A stretch of 63,970 nt of DNA, the filler included, from Caldilineae bacterium (GTDB lineage Bacteria > Chloroflexota > Anaerolineae > DTLA01): assembly GCA_037446815.1 (NCBI GenBank). It is 4 parts of 4 records of this genome, joined end to end, with 100 filler letters (N's around TTAATTAATTAA, not from the genome) between each part and the next. Parts side by side here need not be neighbours in the genome. Positions count along the whole stretch, not along the records: positions 17,141 to 33,732 come from JBBIHX010000056.1; positions 33,833 to 48,984 come from JBBIHX010000059.1; 2 more parts are not named here. The stretch is one strand, 5' to 3'. The first letter of the stretch is position 1. Every line of letters begins with the position of its first letter. Shown piece by piece: positions 28,746 to 38,099 of the stretch. The translations under genes were made by a program, and so were the position numbers. Under the pieces are notes generated by a model. The model searched no databases, was not told the origin of the DNA, and saw only the letters and a program-made list of their open reading frames with translations.

Positions 28746-29900
28746 ATGATGAACATCCGCTCGTCCCTGCTTCATGCACTCGCCGACACCCGCCGCTGGC
28801 CCCTTCGCGTGCTTGCCCTGGCGCTCGTCCTGGCCCTGCTCGTCCCCGCGGCCGCACAGCAGCCATCGGCCTACGACCCCGCCATCGCCGACATGATGGC
28901 CCAGATGACCGACGCCACGCTCATCCGCTACGTGTCCGAACTCAGCGGCGAGACGGTCATCCACCTGGGCGACCCGCCCGTGCCGGAGACCCTCATGACC
29001 CGCTACTCGCGTTCGCCGCAGATGATAGACAAGGCGGCGCAGTATCTGGTGGAGTTCTACCGTCGCATCGGCCTGCCCGTGGAGGTGCAGCGCTTCGGCG
29101 ACTACAACTGGCCCAACGTCATCGCCACGCTGCCGGGCGCGACGCAGCCCGACAAGGTCATCGTCCTCTGCGCCCATTTTGACGACGTGTCCGAGCAGCC
29201 CATGACCTGGGCGCCCGGCGCCGACGACAACGCCAGCGGCACCGCCGTCGTCATGGCCGCCGCCGAAATCCTGCGCCACTACACCTTCGCCTACACCATT
29301 CGCTTCGCCCACTTCTCGGGCGAGGAGCAGGGGATGCTGGGCAGCCTGGCGTATGCGCAACTTCAGCGAGCATCCAATGCGGACATCGTGGGCGTGCTGA
29401 ACCTGGACATGCTGGCGTGGAATAGCGACGCCGCGCCCATCATGGAACTTCACGCGGGGATGCGCCAAGACAGTTATCCGATAGCCCTAGCGTTCGCGGG
29501 GGTCATCGCCGACTACGGCCTGCCGTTGGAGCCGGAGATCAAGCGGGCCGCCTCCATCAGCGCCAGCGACCACTCCTCGTTCTGGACATATGGCTATCCC
29601 GCCGTGCTGGCCATTGAGGACTTTCAGGACTTCAACGCCCACTACCACACCACGGGCGACCGCGTGAGCGCCTTCAACGTGCCCTACTACGCGGCCATGG
29701 CCCGCGCCAGTTTGGGCACCATCGCCGTGTTGGCCCAGCGCTTGGGCGAGCCAACGTGGACGCCGACAGCCACCGCCACCCCTACCCCGACGCTCACTGC
29801 CACGCCGACGGCCACGCCCACGCCGACGCTGACGCCGACTCCCACACCCGTCTGGCCCCTCCAGCCCTACAGGATCATCTTACCGCTCATCATGCTGTAA
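28746..29900 (+). CDS. Secreted M28-family metallopeptidase with T/P tail
   Basis: AHFD, GADDNASG, GEEQGMLGS, LNLDM, SDH..F, YHT..D. Confidence 0.92.
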   Translation: MMNIRSSLLHALADTRRWPLRVLALALVLALLVPAAAQQPSAYDPAIADMMAQMTDATLIRYVSELSGETVIHLGDPPVPETLMTRYSRSPQMIDKAAQYLVEFYRRIGLPVEVQRFGDYNWPNVIATLPGATQPDKVIVLCAHFDDVSEQPMTWAPGADDNASGTAVVMAAAEILRHYTFAYTIRFAHFSGEEQGMLGSLAYAQLQRASNADIVGVLNLDMLAWNSDAAPIMELHAGMRQDSYPIALAFAGVIADYGLPLEPEIKRAASISASDHSSFWTYGYPAVLAIEDFQDFNAHYHTTGDRVSAFNVPYYAAMARASLGTIAVLAQRLGEPTWTPTATATPTPTLTATPTATPTPTLTPTPTPVWPLQPYRIILPLIML

Positions 29901-29965
29901 CGGAGGCAGGGCAGCGGGCCAGGGTCCCGCGCCGGGCCGCACGCCGCCGTATCCCAGGGGCGGGG

Positions 29966-30475
29966 CTAGGGGCCGGGCATGGCGCTGGGCGGCAGGACGA
30001 ACGGCTCAAACCGCTCCCGCTTGGCCTTGCACACCGGGCAGACGCCAGGCGGATGCTCGCGCGCGCACAGATAGCCGCACACGCGACACCGCCAAAGCCG
30101 AATGCCGCCGGCGGGTTCGGGGGCGGGGGCGCGCTTGCCCCGTTGGGCGGGGCGGCGCTCCGGAACGGATTGCAGCGGGCGCTTGCCCTCCAGCACCTCG
30201 TCCGAGACGTACAGCGCGCAGTAGCACGCGCCCCAGTCGTACAGGTCGGGGTCCCGATAGTCGCACGGGCAGATGATGTCCAGGTCCTCATCCTTGTTGC
30301 CCGAGGCAAGGCGGCACGGGCATGCCCAGTAGCCGTAGCGGTCCTCGTTGGTCAGCAGGCCCTCTATCAGCCCGAGCGTCCATGCCTCGTCGGGGTTCAG
30401 ATGGTACCCTCCCGCCTCGGCGTCGGCCTTGAGTTGCTCGTAGGTCTTCCGCACCCGTTCGGGGTCCACCGTCAT
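29966..30475 (-). CDS. Ferredoxin-thioredoxin reductase catalytic subunit with C-terminal rubredoxin-like domain
   Basis: [18 protein letters not shown]...CPVC. Confidence 0.9.
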   Translation of the reverse strand: MTVDPERVRKTYEQLKADAEAGGYHLNPDEAWTLGLIEGLLTNEDRYGYWACPCRLASGNKDEDLDIICPCDYRDPDLYDWGACYCALYVSDEVLEGKRPLQSVPERRPAQRGKRAPAPEPAGGIRLWRCRVCGYLCAREHPPGVCPVCKAKRERFEPFVLPPSAMPGP

Positions 30476-30741
30476 GCGCCGAAAACCCTCCTGTACTCGT
30501 CCTCGCGGTAACCTATGATGCACTCGCCGTCGGCAAACACCATGGGGAAGGCGGGGTTAGGCGTGTGCTTGCGCAGTTCCTCCATGACGCGCGCCTTCTC
30601 ATCGCCGGGCAGCAAGTCCACGTAGATGAGGTCAAACCCGCCCTCGCCGAATCGCTCCTCAAGCCATGTCCTTGCCTTCCGACACCAGCCACACGTGCTC
30701 AAACCGTACATCAGGGGACGCTGCCGGGTTGCTTTGTCCAT
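30472..30741 (-). CDS. Glutaredoxin-like protein
   Basis: LSTCGWC, FP, IIGY. Confidence 0.88.
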   Translation of the reverse strand: MDKATRQRPLMYGLSTCGWCRKARTWLEERFGEGGFDLIYVDLLPGDEKARVMEELRKHTPNPAFPMVFADGECIIGYREDEYRRVFGA

Positions 30742-30830
30742 ATTCGCGTTCTCCTTGTGCTTAGCAAACTACCAACCGTAGTACACAATTTAGATGCGGC
30801 CGCAGGGGAGAGGGGTTCGCCCTCCGCCGA

Positions 30831-31310
30831 CTACTCGGCCCAGACCCACAGGCCCTTGTTGGACAGGGTGTAGAATTCATCCGACAGGATGCGGTAGTGC
30901 ACCGATTCCTCCTGGGCCAGGCGCTGGAACATGGCTTTGCCCAGCGGGTCGGTCGTGGATTCGGCGAGCCGCCGGTAGCGATCCTCGGCCTTGCGCTCGG
31001 CGTCCATGGCGAGGTTGAGCACATCTACCACTTCGCGCAGGTTGGTCTCCTGCTGCGGAGCGCGCCCGCCCTCCGGCTTGGGCGCGGCGAAGTCCTTGCC
31101 CTCGTAGGCGATATACCGGCCCGCGCCCAGCGACTGCACAAGGTCAAGCAGTTTCTGCTCGTGGTAGGCCTCAAAGTCGGCCAGTTGCAGAAGCAGCGCC
31201 TTGCCCTGGGGATTGGCGGTCTTCTCGGCGGCCGAGAGGTAGAATTGACGCGCGGCGCGTTCGGCCTCTATGGCCATCTGCACGGCTTCCAACAGTCCTT
31301 TGTCATCCAT
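30831..31310 (-). CDS. Ferritin-like/rubrerythrin-family protein
   Basis: Duplicated AI..E...FY / LA..E..H motifs. Confidence 0.88.
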   Translation of the reverse strand: MDDKGLLEAVQMAIEAERAARQFYLSAAEKTANPQGKALLLQLADFEAYHEQKLLDLVQSLGAGRYIAYEGKDFAAPKPEGGRAPQQETNLREVVDVLNLAMDAERKAEDRYRRLAESTTDPLGKAMFQRLAQEESVHYRILSDEFYTLSNKGLWVWAE

Positions 31311-31802
31311 GTGCGTCCTCCGAAGGTGGTTGTGCGTAGGATACCGTCGGCGCGGCGATTTGTCAAGGCGGGAGATGAGGGGGCGGCGCATGGCCGCGCG
31401 AGGCTGGAGCCGCCGTGATGAGGGTGTGGAGCAAATTGGCAATTTGCTCCACGGGGGCGTGGGGTGGGCGGATGGCCGCGCGGGGCTAAAGCCGCCGCGC
31501 TGAGTGGGTAGACCCAGCCCGCAGGGCTTTGTGCACGCAGCCCAACGTTAAAGCGTCGGGCGGGACGTTGGAGGGGACGCAGCCCAGTCCTGTCACCCTG
31601 AGCGCAGCGAAGGGTCTCGCTTTGCGAGATTCTTCGCGGCTCCGCCGCTCAGAAAGACAGATTGCGGCGGGCGTGGGGGCATGGCCGCGCGGGGCAACCG
31701 ATTCGCTCACCGCGGAGACAGAGAGGACGCGGAGAATGGTACAAACTCTGTGCCCTCTGTGCCTCTCTCTACGGTGTGTTCTTGCGCACACGAAAAACAC
31801 CA

Positions 31803-31951
31803 GAGTCGGTTCCAAACTGTGTTGGTGAAACGAAGACACACTCTCCTCGCGTGTCATTGCGAGCGAAGCGAAGCAATCGCACGCCCCGGGGATTGCTTCG
31901 GGTGCTCGCGCCCTCGCAATGACAGCCACCAACAGACTCTGGAACCGAATC
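31803..31951 (-). mobile_element. MITE variant A (149 bp)
   Basis: Both TIRs; flanks AAACACCA/AAACACAA (7/8). Confidence 0.88.
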
Positions 31952-32032
31952 AAACACAACCTGCAAGTCGCCCTTATCAACCGCCGGACCCTGCGCTAGT
32001 CTTCGGCAGCAACGCCGTGTCGGGAGGCTGCT

Positions 32033-32938
32033 ATGTTGCGCAGGGCCATCGTTCGCTCGTTTGATGCCGAATCTCGCGTCGCCGTTGTGGAGTACTGGGG
32101 CGACGCCGACCGGCGCACCGAGTCGGTGCGAGTCGCCACGCACCTGGACGCCGACATGCTGTCGCCGGGCGCGCTGGTGGAGGTCTGGGCCAACCCCGCC
32201 GACCCGCCGGACCAGGCCCTCATCGTGGCCTCGCGCGCCAACCCCGCAAGCCCCGACCAGACCATCATGCACGCCCACGACCGCCTGGATAACCTGTTCG
32301 GCCCGGCGTCGCTGGCGTCCCGCTGGTACAACCGCGTGGCCGCGCCCACATCCCCCAATGCCCACGACGCCGAGTTCACGGCCAGCCCCATCGGCGCGAA
32401 CGGCTGGGCATGGGCGGCGGAACCCGGGACGGCCACCGGCTCCGGTTGGAACCTATCCTGGTATCCGCACTGGCTGTATGTGTGGCAGTCCACCACCGCC
32501 AACCCCAACCCCGCCGAATTGCGGTGCACCGACCCGGGCAAGTTGCCGCGCTACAAGATGGCGCTCCTGTTCTTCTACCCGGCCACCAGCGCCAAACTCG
32601 TCCTCCGCTCCGTCAAGGACGCCGACAACTACACCGAGTTTGAGATGTCCAGCGCGGGCATCAAGGCGTACAAATGCATCGGCGGCGTCCGCTCGCAGGT
32701 GGGGAACACGGTGCCCATCTACCCCACGTACTACTTCCTCATCTTGGGCAACCACCCCACGGGCGATTATCTGACCTGGCAATGGGGCACGCCGTGGGGC
32801 GCGGGGTTCGTCAACCTGCCCGCCGACGCCTCGCCAGGGTTGCGCGCGGCCGACATCGCCTACTACTCCCTGCAATTCTACCGTGGCACCATCAACTTTG
32901 AGACGTTCCTGGTGGACGCGGTGCGATTCTGGGCGTAG
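32033..32938 (+). CDS. Hypothetical protein, beta-rich, no recognised family
   Basis: RBS GGAGG; 301-aa ORF with host-like codon usage. Confidence 0.7.
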   Translation: MLRRAIVRSFDAESRVAVVEYWGDADRRTESVRVATHLDADMLSPGALVEVWANPADPPDQALIVASRANPASPDQTIMHAHDRLDNLFGPASLASRWYNRVAAPTSPNAHDAEFTASPIGANGWAWAAEPGTATGSGWNLSWYPHWLYVWQSTTANPNPAELRCTDPGKLPRYKMALLFFYPATSAKLVLRSVKDADNYTEFEMSSAGIKAYKCIGGVRSQVGNTVPIYPTYYFLILGNHPTGDYLTWQWGTPWGAGFVNLPADASPGLRAADIAYYSLQFYRGTINFETFLVDAVRFWA

Positions 32939-32944
32939 GGGTGG

Positions 32945-33355
32945 CTAGAAGACGCGACGCGATCGCCACAACAGGTAGAGCACACTGCCCAGAGCAAGGA
33001 GGACGAGAAGGCCCCGACTGCCCACGCGCACCCAGATTTCCCCGAGGAGAATCAGGGTCAGCAGCCAGCCCACATAGCCGCGCACCTGCCGCCACGGGTC
33101 GGCGCGCGGGGCCGAATGCCGGACGGGTTCGGCGACGGCGCGGGCGCGACGGGCATCATAGGCGGCGCGGCGGGCCGGATCGCTCAGAATGCGGTGCGCC
33201 TCGTTGATTTGCTGCATCCGCGCCGTGGCGTCGGGGCTGGGGTTTACGTCGGGATGATACTTGGCCGCCAACCGCCGATAGGCCGCGTCTATGACCTCCG
33301 GCTCGGCGTTGGGGTGCACCTGCAGAATGGCGTAGTAGTCGGGTTCCTGGTCCAT
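32945..33355 (-). CDS. DnaJ (J-domain) protein with C-terminal TM helices
   Basis: DYYAILQV...AYRRLAAKYHPD...INEA..ILSDP..R..YD. Confidence 0.9.
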   Translation of the reverse strand: MDQEPDYYAILQVHPNAEPEVIDAAYRRLAAKYHPDVNPSPDATARMQQINEAHRILSDPARRAAYDARRARAVAEPVRHSAPRADPWRQVRGYVGWLLTLILLGEIWVRVGSRGLLVLLALGSVLYLLWRSRRVF

Positions 33356-33495
33356 GGCACGAGTATAGCGGGAACCGGCCTCCGGGCCAAATGGGAGGCC
33401 CCGTTCCTTCGGCGAGCGCACGCCAATCGTAGGGAAAACGTAGGGAAAGCGTCAAGCAGCACGTGCGGACTTGTGCTATTCTGCATACAGAACAA

Positions 33496-33645
33496 AGGCA
33501 TGGTTCTTGGCCATATCGTCAGGATGGCTGGTGGCCTGACCCAGAGCTTCCCCCGAAAGCGTGCGTCAGGAACCATGCCTACATAGGGTATCTCTTCTTC
33601 TCCTCCTTTTTACATAGAGAGCCGAGGCGGCCCACCTCGGCTCTC
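33496..33645 (+). ncRNA. Candidate structured small RNA
   Basis: 16-bp closing stem, two inner hairpins, CU-rich tract, terminal hairpin; extended -10-like TGCTATTCT upstream. Confidence 0.45.
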
Positions 33646-33732
33646 AGCATGTCTGGACGCGGGCCCCGCCCTCACAACCGTCATTCTGAGCGGCGAAGCC
33701 GCGAAGAATCTCGCAACCCGAGACCCTTCGCT

Positions 33733-33832
33733 NNNNNNNNNNNNNNNNNNNNNNNNNNNNNNNNNNNNNNNNNNNNTTAATTAATTAANNNNNNNNNNNN
33801 NNNNNNNNNNNNNNNNNNNNNNNNNNNNNNNN
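33733..33832. other. Artificial contig linker
   Basis: N-TTAATTAATTAA-N. Confidence 0.97.
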
Positions 33833-33944
33833 TGTGTTGGTGAACCGTGGGCGCACTCTCCTCGTGTGTCATTGCGAGCGAAGCGAATCAATCCCACTCC
33901 CCGGAGATTGCTTCGGCCGCTCCGCGCCCTCGGAATGACAGCCA
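33833..33944 (-). mobile_element. Partial MITE variant A at contig start
   Basis: TGTGTTGGTGAA...GTCATTGCGAGCGAAGCG...AATGACAGCC; one end lost in the gap, the other missing. Confidence 0.75.
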
Positions 33945-34039
33945 CAATCGTGGCGACATCGGGGTTGCGCGTCGCGGGCAAGTTGTGCTACACTTGCACG
34001 CGACCGAGGACGCATTTCAACCCCCTGGCGGAGGCCACT

Positions 34040-35563
34040 ATGCTGGCAAAAGTGCACAGTTGCGCGGTCGTTGGGCTGGACGGGGCGGTGGTTGAGGTGG
34101 AAGTGGACATCTCTGGCGGCCTCCCGTCGCAGACCATCGTGGGGCTTCCGGACGCCGCCGTGCAGGAATCCAAAGAGCGCGTGCGGGCTGCCATCCGCAA
34201 CTCCGGCTTCATGTTCCCCGGCACGCGCCTCACGGTGAACCTGGCCCCCGCCGACATCCGCAAGGAAGGCCCCGCCTATGATTTGCCCATCGCGGTGGGC
34301 GTGCTCATCGCTACCGAGCAGATGCCGCCGATCCCTCCCGACACGCTGCTCCTCGGCGAACTGTCGCTGGAGGGGACGGTGCGCCATACCAACGGCGTGT
34401 TGCCTATCGCGGGCCAGGCGCGGCAACTGGGATTCACCACGCTCCTCGTCCCGGAGGCCGACGCGCCCGAGGCTGCGTTGGTGCCCGACATCACGGTCAT
34501 CCCCGTGCACGACCTGGTGTCATTGGTCAAGCATTTTCTGGGACTGGCCCCGATTCCCCGGTTCCCGCACCATGTGCCGGACATAGACACCGCCGACCTG
34601 CCAGCCTACTGCGTGGACTTCTCGGAGATCAAGGGGCAGGAACATGCCAAACGGGCGATAGAGGTGGCGGCGGCCGGCGGGCACAATATCCTGATGGTCG
34701 GGCCGCCTGGCGCAGGCAAGACCCTGCTGGCCCGCGCCCTGCCTGCTATCCTGCCCAGGATGACGATAGACGAGGCGCTGGACGCCACGCGCATCTACAG
34801 CGTGGCCGACGCCCTGCCGTCCGATGTTCCGCTGATTCGGCATCGGCCGTTTCGCGCGCCGCATCACACCATCAGCCATGCCGGGCTGGTGGGCGGCGGG
34901 CGCTGGCCCAGGCCGGGCGAAATCTCGCTGGCCCATCGTGGCGTCCTGTTCCTGGACGAACTCCCCGAATTCGGGCAGCGGACGCTGGAGGTGCTCCGCC
35001 AGCCGCTGGAAGACAAGATCGTAACCATCGCCCGGGCCCAGGGAAGCCTCACGTTCCCCGCCAACTTCATGCTGGTCGGCGCGATGAACCCGTGCCCGTG
35101 CGGGTACTACGGCGACCCGGTGCGCGAGTGCACGTGCTCCATGAGCACCATCAGCCGCTACCAGAAGCGCATCTCCGGGCCGCTGCTGGATCGCATAGAC
35201 ATCCACGTGGAGGTGCCGCGCGTAGACTACGAGAAACTGTCCGACGACCGACGGGGCGAGCCGTCCGCGGTGATTCGCCAGCGGGTGCAGGCCGCCCGCG
35301 AGCGCCAGCAGCAGCGCTTCGCGGGCACGCCCCTGGCCTGCAATGCCGACATGGGCCCCGCGGAGGTGCGCGAGTTCTGCAAGATTGACGACAGCGGCAA
35401 GAGCCTGCTGAAGTCGGCCATGCAGCAGCTGCAGTTGAGTGCCCGCGCCTACCATCGCATTCTGAAGTTGGCGCGCACCATCGCCGACCTGGAGGGGAGC
35501 GCCGACATCCGCCTGCATCACATCGCCGAGGCGCTCCAGTACCGGCCGCGCAAGGCGGTGTAG
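34040..35563 (+). CDS. comM: YifB/ComM Mg-chelatase-like AAA+ ATPase
   Basis: [57 protein letters not shown]. Confidence 0.93.
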   Translation: MLAKVHSCAVVGLDGAVVEVEVDISGGLPSQTIVGLPDAAVQESKERVRAAIRNSGFMFPGTRLTVNLAPADIRKEGPAYDLPIAVGVLIATEQMPPIPPDTLLLGELSLEGTVRHTNGVLPIAGQARQLGFTTLLVPEADAPEAALVPDITVIPVHDLVSLVKHFLGLAPIPRFPHHVPDIDTADLPAYCVDFSEIKGQEHAKRAIEVAAAGGHNILMVGPPGAGKTLLARALPAILPRMTIDEALDATRIYSVADALPSDVPLIRHRPFRAPHHTISHAGLVGGGRWPRPGEISLAHRGVLFLDELPEFGQRTLEVLRQPLEDKIVTIARAQGSLTFPANFMLVGAMNPCPCGYYGDPVRECTCSMSTISRYQKRISGPLLDRIDIHVEVPRVDYEKLSDDRRGEPSAVIRQRVQAARERQQQRFAGTPLACNADMGPAEVREFCKIDDSGKSLLKSAMQQLQLSARAYHRILKLARTIADLEGSADIRLHHIAEALQYRPRKAV

Positions 35564-35629
35564 GGGCGCGGACGGTTTGACCGGACATGCCCGGGCGTGC
35601 TAAAATGGCACAGGCGGGAGGTTCTCACC

Positions 35630-35860
35630 ATGATGGCAGACCGGATTGAGATCAACCCTGACGTGATGCTGGGCAAACCGGTGATTCGCGGGACGCGGAT
35701 AACCGTGGAACTCATCCTCCGCAAACTCAGCGAAGGCGCGACGGAGGGTGATTTGCTAGATGCGTATCCCAACCTGACCCGCGAGGATATCCAGGCGGCG
35801 CTGGCCTACGCGGCGGATGCTTTGGCCCACGAGACCATCGTGGTGCGGGCCACGGAATGA
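35630..35860 (+). CDS. DUF433 antitoxin-like protein
   Basis: INPDVMLGKPVIRGTRITV...YPNLTREDIQAAL.YA. Confidence 0.92.
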   Translation: MMADRIEINPDVMLGKPVIRGTRITVELILRKLSEGATEGDLLDAYPNLTREDIQAALAYAADALAHETIVVRATE

Positions 35861-36252
35861 GGCCGATTCGCTTCCTGGCCGACGAGAGTTGCGATTTCGC
35901 TGTCGTTCGCGCCCTGCGAACGGCTGGCTACGATGTCGCCGCCGTCGGCGAGGAGGCATCTCGGTCTGATGACCGAGATGTGATTGCACGTGCGCACCGC
36001 GAGCAGCGCATTCTCCTGACGGAGGACAAAGACTTCGGCTGGCTGGTGTTCGTGAGCCACGCGAACGCGGATGGCGTTATCCTGATGCGCTTCCCCGGTA
36101 ATGCTCGGCAGAGTCTCGTGCAGGAAGTGATGCGCCTCGTAGAGGAGCGTGGGCGGGAACTCGTAGGCTGCTTTGTTGTCGTTCAGCCAGGCTATGTCCG
36201 CATTAGTCGTAGGCTTCCACCGAGAGACACCGACGCGGCTTCGGACGCATAG
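35857..36252 (+). CDS. DUF5615 PIN-like putative toxin
   Basis: RFLADES, LR..GYDV, DD..V, RILLTEDKDFG; ATGA overlap with DUF433. Confidence 0.88.
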   Translation: MRPIRFLADESCDFAVVRALRTAGYDVAAVGEEASRSDDRDVIARAHREQRILLTEDKDFGWLVFVSHANADGVILMRFPGNARQSLVQEVMRLVEERGRELVGCFVVVQPGYVRISRRLPPRDTDAASDA

Positions 36253-36263
36253 CCCAACGCCCT

Positions 36264-36341
36264 GCGCCGACATCCGCCTGCATCACATCGCCGAAGCATT
36301 GCAGTACAGGCCACGCAAGACAGTGTTGGCGGAGCCATGAG
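36264..36341 (+). repeat. Second copy of the comM 3' end (att-like)
   Basis: 31 bp identical to 35499-35529, then mostly synonymous changes; encodes [24 protein letters not shown]. Confidence 0.85.
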
Positions 36342-36409
36342 GCGCGGGCGCTCCCTTCGCCTCTCCTCGCCCGACGTAACACCTGGCCACATCCCTGCAA
36401 GGAGGAGAC

Positions 36410-37198
36410 ATGGACGTTCTCTATCTCTCGCCGCACCTGGACGATGCCGCCCTATCCTGCGGGGGACTCATCCATGAACAGACCCGCGCGGGGCTGTCGG
36501 TGGGCGTCCTCACCATCTTCGCGGGCAGCGCGCGAACCGACGTGCGCTCGCCCTTCGCCCGCGCCCTGGAGTCGCGTTGGGGCGCGCAAGGGGATGCCAT
36601 CGCCATGCGCCGCCAGGAGGATCGCGAGGCGCTCGCCATCCTGGGCGCCGAGGCCATCCACTGGGCCTACGAAGACGCCATCTATCGCCTGCACACGCGC
36701 ACGGGCGCGCCGGTGTACGCCGACCGCGAGGCCATCTTCGGCGACGTGCGCCGGTTTGACCCCGTCAAGGTGCGGGACCTGGCCGCCGCGGTACGCGCAT
36801 TCTGGAAGAAGGCCGGTCGGCCCCGATTGTACGCCATGCTTGCGGCCGGCCACCATGTGGATCACCAGATTCTGCAGAGGGCCATTCTTCGGCTGGTGCG
36901 GCGCGGCGGGCCGGACGTCGTATGGTACGAGGACTACCCCTACGCCGAGGATCAGGACGCGGTGCGCCAGGCCGTGAGTCGGCTGGCTGTTGCGGGATTG
37001 CGCCCGCAGATAGTGCACCTTGCGGAGGAGGACGTGGCTGCCAAGTGCGATGCCATCGCCTGCTACCGTTCGCAGATTCGTATCTTCTGGCAGGACGAGG
37101 AGGACATGCGGCGGCACGTGCGGGAGCATGCCACCCGCGTGGGCGGCGACTTCCCCGCCGAGCAGTACTGGGCGCGGGGCGAGGCCGCAGGCGCGTGA
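36410..37198 (+). CDS. PIG-L/LmbE-family deacetylase
   Basis: SPHLDDAALSCGG, R..ED..A, H.DH, YEDYPY. Confidence 0.92.
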   Translation: MDVLYLSPHLDDAALSCGGLIHEQTRAGLSVGVLTIFAGSARTDVRSPFARALESRWGAQGDAIAMRRQEDREALAILGAEAIHWAYEDAIYRLHTRTGAPVYADREAIFGDVRRFDPVKVRDLAAAVRAFWKKAGRPRLYAMLAAGHHVDHQILQRAILRLVRRGGPDVVWYEDYPYAEDQDAVRQAVSRLAVAGLRPQIVHLAEEDVAAKCDAIACYRSQIRIFWQDEEDMRRHVREHATRVGGDFPAEQYWARGEAAGA

Positions 37199-37423
37199 GG
37201 CCACGCGGGAGGCCGCCATGGCCGCCCTTGCTAACGGGGCCGTTGGGGGATTCTATCCACGGATGGCACGAATCCACGCGGATGGATGAAACTCACCGCG
37301 GAGGCGCAGAGAACGCACAGGAATTTGGATTTTCTCCGCGCGCTTTGCGTTCTCCGCGGTGGAATCCAGCCATTCGTGCCGATTCGTGCCATTCGCGTAT
37401 GAACATACCCCGCGCGGCGCGAT

Positions 37424-37452
37424 TTGGCAGGCGCGGCAAAATTGTGTATAAT
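37424..37452 (+). promoter_or_regulatory. sigma70-type promoter of greA-lysS
   Basis: TTGGCA-17 nt-TATAAT with extended TG. Confidence 0.7.
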
Positions 37453-37610
37453 GTGTCCAGAGAGAACGGTGTGCCACGGCAATCGTCTCTCGGTTTTTGT
37501 TAGAGTTGGGGAAATGCGTTCTGGATATGCTTCCGCGGTAACGGAGGCGACAGACGCTTTTTCTATTTGCCTCATGTGTGCAAAAAACTCTTCACAAGGT
37601 TGAAAGGCAG

Positions 37611-38078
37611 ATGTCACAGAAAGCGGTTTTTCTGACCCCTGACGGACTTCGCAAACTGCAAGAGGAACTGGAGTACTACAAGAACGTGCGCCGCCCCGAA
37701 GTCGCCACGCGCATTCATTCGGCCAAGGAGGAAGGCGACGTTACCGAGAACGCCGAATATGACGACGCCAAGAACGAGCAGGCTTTTGTGGAAGGCCGCA
37801 TCCTGACCCTGGAGCAGATCCTGAACAACTACGTGCTCATAGAGGAAGGCGGTGCGTCGGACCGCGTAACCCTTGGGTCAAAGGTAACCATCGTGGAGGA
37901 CGGCGAGTCTCCCGAGACCTTCCAAATCGTGGGGTCCGCCGAGGCTGATCCCGCCAGCGGTCGCATCTCCAACGAGTCGCCGCTGGGCAAGGCGCTGCTC
38001 ATGCGCAGCGTGGGCGAGACCGTGCAGGTCCAGACGCCGGGTGGCGTCCGCCGCGTCCGCATCATCGCCCTGGAGTAG
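37611..38078 (+). CDS. greA: Transcription elongation factor GreA
   Basis: LT..G..KL..EL, EGDVTENAEYDDAK, ISNESPLGKAL. Confidence 0.96.
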   Translation: MSQKAVFLTPDGLRKLQEELEYYKNVRRPEVATRIHSAKEEGDVTENAEYDDAKNEQAFVEGRILTLEQILNNYVLIEEGGASDRVTLGSKVTIVEDGESPETFQIVGSAEADPASGRISNESPLGKALLMRSVGETVQVQTPGGVRRVRIIALE

Positions 38079-38099
38079 CCCCGCGGCAGAAGAGGGAAT

